A stretch of DNA of 64,000 bases from Octopus bimaculoides (GCF_001194135.2 NC_068987.1:87993520-88057519); one strand, 5' to 3'. Counted from the stretch's first letter, positions 11,351 to 26,387 are shown. Numbers and translations are program-made. The notes: a model not told the origin generated them from the letters alone.

Positions 11351-12030
11351 CAGGGTGCAGTGAATATACTGCTGTCTAAATTATGAAAAAAACGAACATA
11401 AACACTGACATCTCATTTTAAGAGATATATTTACCAAAATTACATTAAAATATCTTGAAATACTAAAGAGTAAATTTATTCAATAAAATCGCCATTGGCT
11501 TCAACCATGGCCTCCAGACGTGTTCAGAACCTTTCTGCAACTCTTCTAGACAGTCTTGTTTAAGTTGGTGAATGCTGCCATAATCTTTGCCTTCAGTTCA
11601 TCTTTGGTGTTACAAGGAGTTTTGTTAATCACTCACTCAACTACACCCCACACATAATAATCAAGGGGGTTACTATCTAGAGATTTGGGTAACCAGATGT
11701 TAAGAGTGATGTGGTCGCAGAAATTGTCTGACAGCTATGACTTGGTTCTCCTGCTTGTGTGGCATGGTGCAGAGTCCTGTTGCCAGACATAGGGTCTTCC
11801 AGGATCCACCCTCTTCACCCAGGGCAGCACTACCTCCTTCAGGCACTTGATGTAGGCCTCCGTGTTGAGTCTGAGGCTGTGTGGGAAGATGAATGGAGGC
11901 ATAACATTGCCATCATTAGTGATCACTCCAAAGACCATGATGTTGACTGGATGTTTGATTTTTATCACTCTTGGTACATGTTTTGGGGACACAGCAAGCC
12001 AACGGTTGTTCTGTGTATTCACTATCTGTT
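11351..12030 (-). pseudogene. maT/DD37D-type transposase C-terminal remnant with its terminal inverted repeat
   Basis: ORF 11735-12022 has KHPVNIMVFG...VWQQDSAPCHTS (DDD catalytic region); the element end is TA|CAGGGTGCAG at 11349-11360. Confidence 0.8.
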
Positions 12031-12239
12031 CGTATTGGAGTTTCCAGCATGAATGTTAAGCAATACAGTATGTCCCCAGGACTTATTCTTTGTAAGCTTA
12101 GTACTTATTCTACCAGTCAGAACAATATCTGTAGCCATGTCATAGAACAGGATATCACAGGGTTACTATTAAGGCCAAAGAGAGAGAGAGAGACATCTGA
12201 AGTTTGAACCCTTTAGCATTTGGATTACTCTGTCAAATG

Positions 12240-12605
12240 TGGCACTCCTTCGGTTGCAATGACAAGGGTTCCAGTCGATCCAATCAACAGAACAGCCTGC
12301 TCATGAAATTAAGGTGCAAGTGGCTGAGCACTCCACAGATACGTGTACACTTAACGTAGTTCTCGGGGAGATTCAGTGTGACACAGAGTGTGACAAGGCT
12401 GGCCCCTTTGAAATACAGGTACAACAGAAACAGGAAGAAAGAGTGAGAGGAAACTGTACAGGGGGGTTTGCCACCATCCCCTGCCAGAGCCTCGTGGAGC
12501 TTTAGGTGTTTTCGCTCAATAAACACTCACAACGACCGGTCTGGGAGTCAAAACTGCAACCCTACGACCACAAGTTCACTGCCCTAACCACTGGGCCATT
12601 GTGTT
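12240..12605 (-). mobile_element. tRNA-headed SINE family C
   Basis: Reverse complement of 26721-27098 (gcaagtggctgagcactccacag...aaccactgggccattg). Confidence 0.8.
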
Positions 12606-13317
12606 TCCTCTGTCAAATGTAATACTTATTTGATCACATTGCTTTGAATTAATCACATATTATCTTGTAGCTTTGATATTTTGATGATTATTTATTTCCA
12701 AAGTGACTTTGTAGGGTAGGTACGAGAGGCTGAGTCACTTCATTTTGAACATAAAACAAATAGAATATTTTAGCCTGATACAACTGGTTTAAATGCTAAT
12801 TGGTTAAGGATTAAGGAAGCTATGCAGATTAACAGCTTAATCCATCAATTAACAGATACGATCTGAGCTATGCTGATTGGCTGATTTAACCCTAATGGTT
12901 TGCATGTGTCACAGTTCCTTTGTCCTCAGAGCTAACATTTGAAAAAATCTGATAAGTGACTTTGATTTGAACATAACTAAGCCATTCTGCATTTTCTTGA
13001 TAACGGTCTTTTATACTCAAAATATTGAGATATAAAGCTAAAAAAACATTAACCCTTTTCCTTCTTCCTTTCTATTTTTACTATTGCTTATAGTTTTATT
13101 TTCCAAACTTGCATTGCAGCAATTTTCAGTTGTTTCAATTCTCAGTGCTTCATATGAACTGTATAATATTCAAGTGCATGCTTGGGTGTGTATGTGTGCA
13201 TGCCGGCATTTGTGAATGCATGCTTGCTATGTTTTTTTAATGTGTGAGGAATGGTGCAGTGAGAAAACAGCAAAGTAGTATGTACACACACCCACACACA
13301 TATATATATATATTATC

Positions 13318-13625
13318 ATCATTATTTAACGTCCATTTCTATGTTGGTATGGGGTGGACAGTTTGACTGGGCTGGCATACTGGAAGGCTTCACCAGACTC
13401 CAGTCTTGATTTGGCATGGTCTTCTACGGCTGGATGCCCTTCTTAACACCAACCACTCAAAGAGTGTAATAGGTGCTTTTATGTGTCACTGGCACGGGTG
13501 CCATTTGTGTGACACTGGTATCTGCCATGACTGCGATTTTGCTCAGCTTGACAGGTCTTCTTCTCAAGCACAACATAATGCCAAAGGTCTTGGTCATTGC
13601 CTTCATGAGGTCCAACACTCGAAAA
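13318..13625 (-). mobile_element. RTE LINE 3' end
   Basis: (ATC)n/tttaacgtcc tail, ctacggctggatgcccttc, ggtgcttttatgtg, ending in cttctcaagcacaacata (ORF2 end). Confidence 0.7.
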
Positions 13626-13785
13626 GAACTCAGCTACTTTGCCTCCACAAGGCGCAACATTCAAAACATGTTCTTTACGTACTACCAGTGCAGGTGCACT
13701 TGGCTTGACAAGTCCTCTGAAGCACATTACCAAAGGTTTGTGTGTGTATTGAGTGCTTGCACGTTGAATGTGTTGTGTGTGTGTC

Positions 13786-13822
<37 letters not shown>

Positions 13823-14154
13823 CTGTATGTGTGTGCGTGTGTGTGCATTTGTAGTTGTTTTAAAATCAAGTACATGTTTGATTCTTTTGCATAGGTGACA
13901 CGTAAAAACACCCATTACAAAGGTATGTTTGTATTCGTTGTAGTGTATTTGTGTCTAGTATATTTGTGTGTGCACATGCGTGTGTGAGTATATGTTTGCT
14001 TGTATTGTAAGCATACGTGAACATTGAATAAGTGTGTATGTGTTTATTGTTTGAATAAATGCATAAGTTGGTTTCAATGTTTTTATTGTCTCTTTTGGAT
14101 TGTTGTACTTGTTAATTTTTTTTTGGATGCATATGTAACAGCATTGTGATTGTG

Positions 14155-14194
<40 letters not shown>

Positions 14195-14269
14195 GTGTGT
14201 GTGCGTGTGTGACACTGATTTCCTAGCAACTAATGATCTGATGCCTTTTCTATTCATTTTATTCTCCTT

Positions 14270-14570
14270 TTATATTTGATTGCGGCCATGCTGGGGCACC
14301 ACCTTGATGGGTTTAATCAAAGAAATCAATCCCAGTGCTTATTTTTAAGCATGGCACTTGTTCTACTGGTCTCTCTTGCCAAACTGCTAAATCTCAAGGA
14401 CAAACATGGAGTCACGTACACATACAACAAGTTTCCATGGAGTTTCCATCTACCAAATTCACTCACAAGGAATTGATCAGCTTAGGGATATAATAGAAGA
14501 GACTTGCCCAAGGTTTCACATAGTTGAACTAAACCTGAAACCACATTTTCCAACCACACAGCCTGCCTGG
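14270..14570 (-). mobile_element. SINE family A, degenerate
   Basis: gattgcggccatgctgggg...gacttgcccaagg...accacacagcc. Confidence 0.7.
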
Positions 14571-15212
14571 AAATAATTATTTAAAATTTTCTGCAACCAT
14601 TTATTAACAACTTTTTTGTGCAACAAAGCTTTCAAAACACACCTCCACAACACACATTTATTTATTTGCAAGCCACAGGTCTGCACCATGCCCAAATTGT
14701 CCTTTTTGGCATGGCTTCTATCATTGGATGCCCTGCCTAATGCCAACCACTTTACAGAGTGTACTGGGTGCTTTTTACATGGCACCAGGGCTTCTTTCAG
14801 TTTCCCCTCTACCAGATCCATTGACAAGGCTTCGGTCAGCCCAGGGCTAAAGTGAAAGACACTTGCCCAAGGTGACCCACAAAGGAACTGAACCCAAAAC
14901 CATGTGGTTGGGAGACAAACGTCTTACCCCACAGCCATGCCTAAACCTACATGTTTTTGGTAAATAAACAAAGGTGACTCATGGAGGTTTCATTATGAAA
15001 AAGCTAACAATAATAATATGGCAGGAGTTATCAAGGAATTTACTTAGAATTATTATTACATCAGCTCTTTTAATCCAGTAGAACTGCTAATCTGACATGG
15101 GGTCTGGAACCAAGGATGCTGGAAGATTGGTGGTGCTCTTGTAGATCATCATCATCATCATCATCGTCGTCGTCGTCATCATCCTATTACTTTCCAACAT
15201 GGCTACAATGTA

Positions 15213-15707
15213 GTGAAACTGTATGTGTATAAGAATGTGTGTATGTGTGTGTATGTGTTTGTTTGCGTGTGTGCAAGCTTGCTTGTGTTGTACTTGTGCA
15301 AGTTGCATATATGTGTGTGCATGTATGTGTGTGCATGTGTGTGTTTGTGTGTTTGTGTGTGTATGTGTGCGTTTGTGTGTGAGTGTTTGTGTGAGTGTAT
15401 GCTTGCTTGTGTTGTACTTGTGCAAGTTGCATATATGTGTGTGCATGTATGTGTGTGCATGTGTTTGTTTGTGTGTTTGTGTGTGTATGTGTGTGTTTGT
15501 GTGTGTGTGTATGCTTGCTTGTATTGTACTCGTGCAAGTTCCATGTGTTTGTGCATATGTGTATGTGTGCGTTTGTGTGTGAGTGTTTGTGTGAGTGTAT
15601 GCTTGCTTGTGTTGTACTTGTGCAAATTGCATATGTGTGTGTGTGTGTTAGTGTGTTTGTGCGTGTGTGTATGTGTGTGCATGTGTCAGTATGTGTATCA
15701 TATGTGA
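15213..15707. repeat. Higher-order minisatellite: 34-bp core gcttgcttgtgttgtacttgtgcaagttgcatat x4 separated by (TG)-rich spacers
   Basis: Cores at about 15278, 15401, 15512 and 15601. Confidence 0.85.
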
Positions 15708-16202
15708 GTAAGGACATTAGTGCAGAAGGTTAATGAATGACAGGTCATGAATTGAAGGGGACAACAGCTAAGAGGGGAAGCATCGACTTACAAATACATA
15801 CTTACACACAATCATACACATATGCACACAAACACATATACATCCACACATACATACATGCATACACATACACACACATACCTGCAAGTATGCACACAAA
15901 CTTACAAGCAAACATAATATCTAACTTTCCTCCCTTACTGTATTGAAAACCATGTTCTTTTCCCTTCAGCATTTTAGTCATTTCAAAGATGGAATATTTT
16001 AATATTCACACAAGAATTTTCGTTTCTTCTTCACAATTTTCATTTTGTTTCTCTCTTTCTTTTGATAAATGGCTTATGTACAAAATGTCAGGTCATTCCC
16101 AATCCTATTTCTTTGAGTGTGAATCTCATAACAGATATTTATTGTATTTTATTTAGTCATCCTCAAGTTACATATACATATATATATATATGTGTGTGTG
16201 TG

Positions 16203-17630
16203 GAAGCACAATGGCCCAGTGGTTAGGGCAGTGGACTCGCAGTCGTAGGATCACAGTTTCAATTCCCAGACCGGGTGTTGTGAGTGTTTATCAAGCGAAA
16301 ACACCTAAAGCTCCATGAGGCTCTGGCAGGGAATGGTGGCGAACCCTGCTGCACTCTTTCACCACAACTTTCTCTCACTCTTTCTTCTTGTTTCTCTTGT
16401 ACCTGTGTTCCAAAGGGCCAGCCTTGTCACACTGAATCTCCCCGAGAACTACGTTAAGGGTACACGTGTTATGGAGTGCTCAGCCACTTACACGTTAATT
16501 TCACGAGCNNNNNNNNNNNNNNNNNNNNNNNNNNNNNNNNNNNNNNNNNNNNNNNNNNNNNNNNNNNNNNNNNNNNNNNNNNNNNNNNNNNNNNNNNNNN
16601 NNNNNNNNNNNNNNNNNNNNNNNNNNNNNNNNNNNNNNNNNNNNNNNNNNNNNNNNNNNNNNNNNNNNNNNNNNNNNNNNNNNNNNNNNNNNNNNNNNNN
16701 NNNNNNNNNNNNNNNNNNNNNNNNNNNNNNNNNNNNNNNNNNNNNNNNNNNNNNNNNNNNNNNNNNNNNNNNNNNNNNNNNNNNNNNNNNNNNNNNNNNN
16801 NNNNNNNNNNNNNNNNNNNNNNNNNNNNNNNNNNNNNNNNNNNNNNNNNNNNNNNNNNNNNNNNNNNNNNNNNNNNNNNNNNNNNNNNNNNNNNNNNNNN
16901 NNNNNNNNNNNNNNNNNNNNNNNNNNNNNNNNNNNNNNNNNNNNNNNNNNNNNNNNNNNNNNNNNNNNNNNNNNNNNNNNNNNNNNNNNNNNNNNNNNNN
17001 NNNNNNNNNNNNNNNNNNNNNNNNNNNNNNNNNNNNNNNNNNNNNNNNNNNNNNNNNNNNNNNNNNNNNNNNNNNNNNNNNNNNNNNNNNNNNNNNNNNN
17101 NNNNNNNNNNNNNNNNNNNNNNNNNNNNNNNNNNNNNNNNNNNNNNNNNNNNNNNNNNNNNNNNNNNNNATATAACAGTTAGAAAATGGAGGATAATATG
17201 CTGAACCCAACTACTTGCAGACGATGTATCCCGTTGAATTCATTAATTTAATTCATAGCAAAAGTGACAAAAAAAGAAAGAAAAAGAAAGAAATAACCAA
17301 AGCACAGGTGTTTATGGCAGACTATGTTATTTTGCCAACCTGGTTTATATATATATATTAAACAAAATGATATATACATACATGCACATATACATTCATA
17401 TTTGTTCATAAACATATACTCACACTCATATTTATAAATGCATGCATACATACATACATACACACATACATACACATCTCTCTCTTTTTCTCTCTTTCCC
17501 TCTTTCTTTCTATGTATATATGTATANNNNNNNNNNGGAGTGCTCAGCCACTTACACGTTAATTTCACGAGCAGGCTGTTCCTTTGATTGAATCAACTGG
17601 AACCCTTGACGTTGTAACCGATGGAGTGCC
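16203..17630 (+). mobile_element. SINE family C split by assembly gaps (16203-16508 and 17538-17630)
   Basis: Head gcacaatggcccagtggttagggcag; the two halves overlap by about 35 bp (ggagtgctcagcc...cacgagc) across the gaps. Confidence 0.75.
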
Positions 17631-17863
17631 ATATATATATATATATATATATATACAATGGGCTTCTTTCACTTTCCGTATACCAAATCCATTCACAAGG
17701 CTTTGGTCAGCCTGTGGCTACAGTAGAAGACATTTGCCCAAGGTGCCACAAAGAGGGACTGAACCCAGAACCATGAGGACGTGGATGAGAAACAAGTTCC
17801 TTACCACACACCCACACACACACACACTCATATATGCATGCATATATGTGTGTGTGTGTATGC

Positions 17864-17903
<40 letters not shown>

Positions 17904-18264
17904 GCACATGCATTACTGTGTATAAGGTATAATAATTCAAGCTGTGTTGTCATGAAGCACATCTGCATATGTTCACATTAATGAAATGTATGTATAAAGA
18001 TGTTTTATTTTCAATGACATATACACAGTAACTGATATATTAAATTAATTCTATTAGCAGAGTAATTACAAAAACAGAAGACTGGAAGAATTTGAGATAT
18101 TTTTAATTCCATGTTACATGTGTTTCATAGGAGAATAGGAGTTACAAAGATATACATGGAGAAAAAAAAATATATGAAATCTTCTATCTAATTCTGTAGA
18201 GAAAAATTCAAAAGTAATACAAATTTACACTGGATAAAGCTGTAATTTATAGAATTAGGCATTA

Positions 18265-18309
<45 letters not shown>

Positions 18310-19088
18310 TACATATATATACATACATTTATATGTATATATACACATTTATATATATATATANNNNNNNNNNNNNNNNNNNNNNNNNNNNNNNNNNNNN
18401 NNNNNNNNNNNNNNNNNNNNNNNNNNNNNNNNNNNNNNNNNNNNNNNNNNNNNNNNNNNNNNNNNNNNNNNNNNNNNNNNNNNNNNNNNNNNNNNNNNNN
18501 NNNNNNNNNNNNNNNNNNNNNNNNNNNNNNNNNNNNNNNNNNNNNNNNNNNNNNNNNNNNNNNNNNNNNNNNNNNNNNNNNNNNNNNNNNNNNNNNNNNN
18601 NNNNNNNNNNNNNNNNNNNNNNNNNNNNNNNNNNNNNNNNNNNNNNNNNNNNNNNNNNNNNNNNNNNNNNNNNNNNNNNNNNNNNNNNNNNNNNNNNNNN
18701 NNNNNNNNNNNNNNNNNNNNNNNNNNNNNNNNNNNNNNNNNNNNNNNNNNNNNNNNNNNNNNNNNNNNNNNNNNNNNNNNNNNNNNNNNNNNNNNNNNNN
18801 NNNNNNNNNNNNNNNNNNNNNNNNNNNNNNNNNNNNNNNNNNNNNNNNNNNNNNNNNNNNNNNNNNNNNNNNNNNNNNNNNNNNNNNNNNNNNNNNNNNN
18901 NNNNNNNNNNNNNNNNNNNNNNNNNNNNNNNNNNNNNNNNNNNNNNNNNNNNNNNNNNNNNNNNNNNNNNNNNNNNNNNNNNNNNNNNNNNNNNNNNNNN
19001 NNNNNNNNNNNNNNNNTAATACTGGAGTAAGCACATGAAATGTGCAACAAGGTGGAAAAAAGAGTACTCAAATACCAGAGGTAGAGTA

Positions 19089-19212
19089 ATATGCTTTATT
19101 TAAAAGCAGCAGAAATATAACAAAAAAAACGTTACTCTGAGTTTCACGGGAACGTGAAACTCAGAGTAACGGTATTTTTGTTATATTTCTGTTGCTTTTA
19201 AATAAAGTATAT
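19089..19212. repeat. 60-bp-arm hairpin with GGAA loop
   Basis: 19089-19148 versus the reverse complement of 19153-19212: 56/60 identical; loop 19149-19152. Confidence 0.95.
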
Positions 19213-19729
19213 ATATAATAGAAATATGTTACAAAAAGAAAATAGAAATGTAAGAGGGAAAGTATATATATGTATATATATATGTGTGTGTGCTTATGTA
19301 TAAATTGATGTTGTATATATTCTATTTAATATTTCAATTCCACATTAACCATGTACACCTCTGAACTATGTTGTATTCTACAAGTGAACTGTGTTGTTTT
19401 GTATGTGTTGCCCTTGAGGAAAATAAAAGAAACACTGACATGAAAAGTTTTACTCAGGAATGTGCTGGATATATTTATTATGTAGAAGAAATTTTATGCC
19501 ATTATTTTTTGTCTAACAAAATTCTCTCCATGTTTACCAATGTAGAGAAAGCATTCTTTCTCATCATTGTTTTTCCTTATCTCAGTTACTGTTTTTTTTT
19601 TTTTTTNNNNNNNNNNTGTTTTTTTTTTTTTTGTTGTGTTTTGTAACCAAAAAAACCCTCACACATATAGTATAATTCTTGCTTGTTTTTGTTTGTTTGT
19701 TTGTTTTTTGGTCTGCATTATTATTTATA

Positions 19730-20627
<898 letters not shown>

Positions 20628-21276
20628 TTCCTTTATTAAATTTTATCTTCTACTTGAAACACTACAATAAAAGTTTCTACTCCATTTCCTTACTTATCTT
20701 ACATGGAACCAGATCGATTTACCATTATTTATTTGCTTATATGTTCATGCATACATTTATTTATTCATTCATTTACTTATTCATTCTTTCATTCATTTTT
20801 TCCCCCCTTTTGATATTTCAAGTCTTCTTTCTGTAGTTTGGCACTGGTATTCCCACTTCTTTTGAAATTAAAAAAAATCTCAAAAACTGGTTGATTTCCA
20901 CAAAAAACTGAAGGAAAAACCTAGTCATGTTTTGTGAGACTAAATTCTGTGGATTCTACAGATATATTATTATTGATTCCAAAGACAATTGCTATTGTTT
21001 GCCGAGGTTATGAGATCAGTTGTGGGGTGGGGAGATGCAAGAAAAAAACACACATGCAAACACACAAAAAGCAATCCAAGAACCGCATGAACTTCTTAAC
21101 TAAATTATTAAGATCTTTTACAGAAAACTGAATCTCAGCTTTTTTTTTTGCAGATGTGCACTTCCTGAAAATACTATTTGTTTATTTATTTTTTTATTTA
21201 TTTTAATCATTGCATTGAGACCATGCTGGAGCACCTCTTTGAAGAGTGAAGTTGAACAAATTGGCCCCTGTACTTA

Positions 21277-21715
21277 TGAGGGTGATGAAGGCATCAGAAG
21301 CTATCAGAATATAGGGAAAGCATTATGTGTATCACGACGATCTGTGCCAGGAATCAAAATATCAACATCATGACTGCTGCTCAATACTCTGCGGACAATG
21401 TAAAAGCTGTAAAACATGAAATGTACAGCTGCAACAGAATCTACAAAGCCATGGGCCAGTAGAAAGGGACACAAGTGTTCTGACAGCAACCAACCCACAA
21501 GCTGGAATTCATCCTCATATCTTTGAACAAGGCCTTAGGCTCAATTCAGACAGCTATGGTGAAATTGCTGGATACTGTGGTCACTCTGTGCCTGAAGAGG
21601 ATTACTGCTTGAAGGTCATATGTGTGACAGAAGGATTTGGTTCCTTGCCATACAAAGTGGTTGTCAGAGAGTTTCTACAGCTTTACCGGTCCCAGTTTCT
21701 GGCCTCCTAATTCAT
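21277..21715 (+). pseudogene. Internally deleted maT/DD37D-type element
   Basis: The 5' part matches 8150-8715 (aacatcatgactgctgctcaa); the 3' part matches 11351-12030 (cctcatatctttgaacaaggccttaggctcaa; ...ccttgccatacaaag). Confidence 0.6.
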
Positions 21716-22149
21716 CATTTTACCGTCCAATTTCCCATGCTTGCATGGTTGAAATGGAGATTAGTAAGGCAAACTTTCAATGGTTGGATGCCATTCCTGT
21801 CACCAACCTTTACCTGTTTCCTTGCAAGGAATATTCCCTGAGGTCAGATAGGTTTTTGCAGAATATCAGAAATGAATGCCATACACTTATGACAATTACA
21901 TGATGTCAAGATAAGGAGACACACACACACACACACACAACAGGTATTTTTCAGTTTACATCTACCAAATCCACTCATAAGGCTTTAGTTGGCCCAGGGG
22001 CTATTGTAGAAGAGAATTACCCAAGGTGCTACACAGTAGGACTGAAACCAAAACCAGAGAGCTGCACAGTAAACCAGTAAGCTTCTTAACCATACATAAC
22101 TATACCACAAAATCTCATAAACAATTACACACACACATGCATACACACT

Positions 22150-22219
<70 letters not shown>

Positions 22220-23269
22220 ATGAAGTACAGATGGTAAATTAATTTGTACACTGATACAGAAACTCGAGTCTGAGGGTAACTACAAAACTATTTTTTATTT
22301 GCATTCCCTTTGAAATTGCTTTTAGTTGTGATTTGGGCTTTGATTGCCCTTTCTAGCATGTAAGGTGTCCTGTCAAAGGTCACCTCTTTTGTGTATATAT
22401 ATATACACACACACACACACACGACAGGCTTCATTCTTCAGTTTCTGTCTACCAAATCCACTAACAAGGCTTTGGTCCGCCCACAGCTATAGTAGAAGAC
22501 ACTTGCCCAAGGTGCCATACAGTGGGACTGAAACCAGAACCATGTGGTTGAGAAACAAGCTTCTTACCACACAGCCATGCCTACACACACATATATATGT
22601 GTGTGTGTGTCTGTGTGTGTATAAACAATACCTCTAAGCCAGTGTCTACTGCTTTTATCATAATAGACGTTGAGTCAAAATGGTTGGAAAAATGTTAACA
22701 GACTTCATTAGTTTCTGCTGCAAAATGTCAATAAGTTATTACTTTCCAGTGATTGATGCATGACATCATAATAAGAACCGAATATTTTTGTTAATGTTTT
22801 TGTTTTTTCTTCAGATATAATGCTCAAGTACTTCCTTATCACTCCACTCTCTTTTGTTAATACTTGAGCTGTTCCTTCTCACTCCACTCCCTTTGGCTCC
22901 AGCAATGTTCCTTGCTAATGACACACTCATTAATTACACAGTACGTTATGTATTTACATCAGTGAGTTGTACAAACCCTTGTTTGACATCTTCTTTTCAC
23001 AATGTTGTTCTGCTTGATTTGTGTTGTAACAAGTTCGCTGTTTTGGTTTCCATGTCTTTGGCTACGTCCATTGTGCAGAGGAGAGCTTATCAAGCAGTCA
23101 ATGTTTCCAGTTTGTTGTTCCTCTCTGGAAAGTCTTCTCACTGCACTCAGCATGCTATCTCTTATCTTCTCTCTTTTACTTGTTTCAATTATTAGATTGT
23201 GGCCATGCTGGGGCACAGCCTTGAAGAGTTTTTTCAGATTCTTTCTTCTATTCATTTATCTGTTTGTCA

Positions 23270-23447
23270 TTTGACTGCGGCCATACTGGAGCACCATCTT
23301 TAGTCGAACAAATCGCCCCCAGGACTTATTCTTTGTAAGCCTAGTACTTATTCTATCAGTCGCTTTTGCCAAACTGCTAAGATACAGAGATGGAAACAAA
23401 CCAACACTGGTTATCAAGCGATAGTGGGGGACAAATGCAGACACAGA

Positions 23448-23499
<52 letters not shown>

Positions 23500-23645
23500 T
23501 ATACACAAACAGGCTTCTTTCAGTTTCCATCTACCAAATTCACTTACAAGGCTTTGGTCAGCCCAATGCTATAGTAGAAGACATTTGCCCAAGGTGCCAC
23601 TTAGTGGAACTGAACCCAGAACCATGTGGCTGGGAAGCATATTTT
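23270..23645 (-). mobile_element. SINE family A, near full length
   Basis: Colinear with 62636-63025; internal (CT)n(CA)n. Confidence 0.8.
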
Positions 23646-23774
23646 TTACTAAGACCAATATTCATGAGTTATGGGAGGCAGGAGGTTGGATTAGATGCTA
23701 GAAACAGATTGATATGCTCAGTCATTTATGGAAGTGATATTACAATCAATGGATGAAGGATTGATTGGCAGATA

Positions 23775-24560
23775 TTTACAGACAACATGTTACTTGACTC
23801 ATTAGAAAGCGATCTCCGTTGTGCAGGGAAGTTGTGCTGCCAAGTGCTGCAATGCAGGGATGAGAATAAGTTTTGCAAAGACTGGAACACTGCTCCTCTC
23901 AAGAAAGTTTTGCTGGTGCTCTTTGCATGTTAGTGGAACATCACTGCAACAAGTGCAGAAGTTTAAGTATCTTGGGGCCATATTCGGAAATGATGGGAAG
24001 CAGAAGGCTGAATCAGATGCTGAATTTGCAGTGGCTGGTGCAGTAATGCACCAATTCCACCACTCGATCCTCAGAAGAGAAACAGTTGGTAAAAAACCCC
24101 AACTGACTACTTTGAATTCGGTTTTTGGGCCTATCTTCACCTATGGTCATAAATGTTAGATAATGAGTGAATGAGTGTGATCACAAATAACAAATAGACA
24201 AAATGGAGTTCTTTCAAATGATCTCTGCAGCAATGAGCAATGTTATTCAAGAGGATGTGTAGCTTGGAGATCAGAGAGTCTATCCGGGTTGAGCCATTAC
24301 TTTTCCTCCTTGAGAAGTTACAGCTCTGGTACTACTGATATGTGATTAGAATATCACTGGGAAGAATTGCAAGACAGATTCTTCAAGCTGAGTCAACTGG
24401 CAGGAGAACAAGAGGTAGACTAAGAACAAAATGGTCGACTAATAGCCATCATCTCAGTTTGCCATGCTTGGGAATCCATCAGTAAAGTGTAATGACAGTC
24501 ATTTCTGGTAGGACCCTATGGAGGAGGTACCTAAGGACTCTACTCCAACAACTTCCCCAG
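23775..24560 (+). pseudogene. RTE-clade (Expander/Rex3-like) LINE ORF2 C-terminal remnant
   Basis: ORF 23821-24159 reads LQQVQKFKYLG...NDGKQKAE...LNSVFGPIFTYGH, typical of the RTE region after the RT core; downstream 'STGRRTRGRLRTKW'. Confidence 0.8.
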
Positions 24561-26126
24561 GAATACTCAGTGAAGAAAATGGATAGATTCTTTCTTACAT
24601 CTTGAATTCAGTTTCATGGCTGGCATTTCATTTTGTATTTGTGTTGAACACTTAATTCTATGCAATATCAGTTTACCTAAAGGATAGCAATGAGTATCAA
24701 ATCATTTAAGAATATTTCCTGAAATGGTAAATCAAACAACATGAAAATAAAGCTAAGCAAGGCACCTTAAACCTTTTGGGTGGAGGAAGAAGTAAGAATG
24801 AAGACAGAGTGAGAGAGATTTACAAGAAACCAAGTTGATAAGATTGCTGAATATGAGCTTAAGGACTGAGCAGTTGAGCAAAAGAGAATGATAGAATAAG
24901 TAGCAGACTTCAATATATAAAAATAAGTGCAGGGGTTGATTTATTCAACTACACCCTTCAAGTCAGTACCCCAGCATGGCTGCAGGCCAAAGACTGAGAC
25001 AAATAAAAGACAAAAGATTCTATCAAGTAGGCGATTTATCAGTTAACTTTTTCTCCTAGTAGAATGAACCTAAGAACTGGTTCTCAGAAATGCTATTTGA
25101 GATTTAAAAGTTCTTTGTATATATTACTAGCAGCTAAGCCTGGTTTCACCTGGTCTGTTTGGATGATGTGGCTGTGATTGTTTTCGGTTTGCGCAACAGA
25201 GACAGTAATGTTGATGGTGTATGTGTATATGAGAGAGTGAGAGAGAGAGAGAGAGAGAAAGAAAGAAAGAGAGAGAGAGATAACTGAAATTTATCATTCA
25301 GTTTATTTATTTATTATATGTATATATATGTATGAATGGCTTCAGTGACACACACTGACATACATGCACGCACGCACGCAGGTTGTTTTAATCGATTTTC
25401 TCTGTAAGTATGGGGGCTAGGGAAAAAATAGAAAGCACGTTCCAATCTATGCACCCGTCTCCACATGTGTGCCATTTGTCACGAGAATCCACCCAGCCGT
25501 TTGGCCGTGAACCTCAAGACAAGTAAGAATACAACGGTCGGCCAACTTCAATTTATATTATAGATTAAAACATTTAGGTAGCTGTAGCATGGGTGTGCTT
25601 GTATCATATGAAATTCTTAGAAAAACCAACTCAATTTTGTTCTTAGTATATAATAAATTATATGACACCGGAACAAACAAATGATGAAACCAGAACAAAC
25701 AAAGGCTATGTTATGCACTTCATTAGCTTGCAACTGTTTCTGCTATAAAATGGGACAACACTTAGTTGAGTCTATGAGTAACATCCTATAGGCAGGGGGT
25801 GCATGTGTGTGTGTGTATTTGTGTGTGTGTCTGTGTACATAATGATAATTTAGTTAAGACTAAACAAGCATTTAGAACAGTTCAAATATGTTTGGGATGT
25901 GCTGGTGACACAGAAAAAGCACCCAGTACACTCTGTAAAATAGTTGGCATTAAGAACATACAACCATAGAAGCCCTGTCAAAAGCAGACAATTGGAACTT
26001 GGTGCAGCGCTCTGGCATGGCAGTTCCTGTCAAACCATCCAACCCATGCTAGCAAGTAAAATAAACATTAAATGATGAGGATGATGATGATGATATTTGA
26101 CCAGTAAAAGGATCATCTTCACTGCT

Positions 26127-26279
26127 GGATATTTGACCTCATCTTGTTTGTTGTTAACACGTTTCGGCTGATATACCCTCTAGCCTTCATCAGGTGTCTT
26201 GGGGAAATTTCAAACCTGGGTTCTCATTCCTAAGGTATTTTTCGATGTTATTATTGTTATTATTATAATTATAATTATA

Positions 26280-26310
<31 letters not shown>

Positions 26311-26373
26311 TCACTGCCGGGAATCAAACTCGGAATCTTGGTGTTAGTAGCCCATGCTCTTAACCACTACGCC
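26127..26373 (-). mobile_element. Family D SINE (tRNA head, (AAT)n, HHR-like tail)
   Basis: Reverse complement reads ggcgtagtggttaagagcatgggctactaacaccaagattccgagtttgattcc...(aat)n...cctgatgaaggctagagggtatatcagccgaaacgtgttaac. Confidence 0.85.
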
Positions 26374-26376
26374 GTG

Positions 26377-26387
26377 GGCAGTGACTC

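Noticed and set aside
16474-17575. Apparent insertion with a 35-bp target duplication inside a SINE
   Set aside because: The 'insert' is bounded by gaps on both sides; probably a misplaced contig or alternative haplotype.
22816-23195. 113-aa and 98-aa overlapping ORFs
   Set aside because: Both run into a SINE tail, lack convincing splice-site pairs and show no domain signal.
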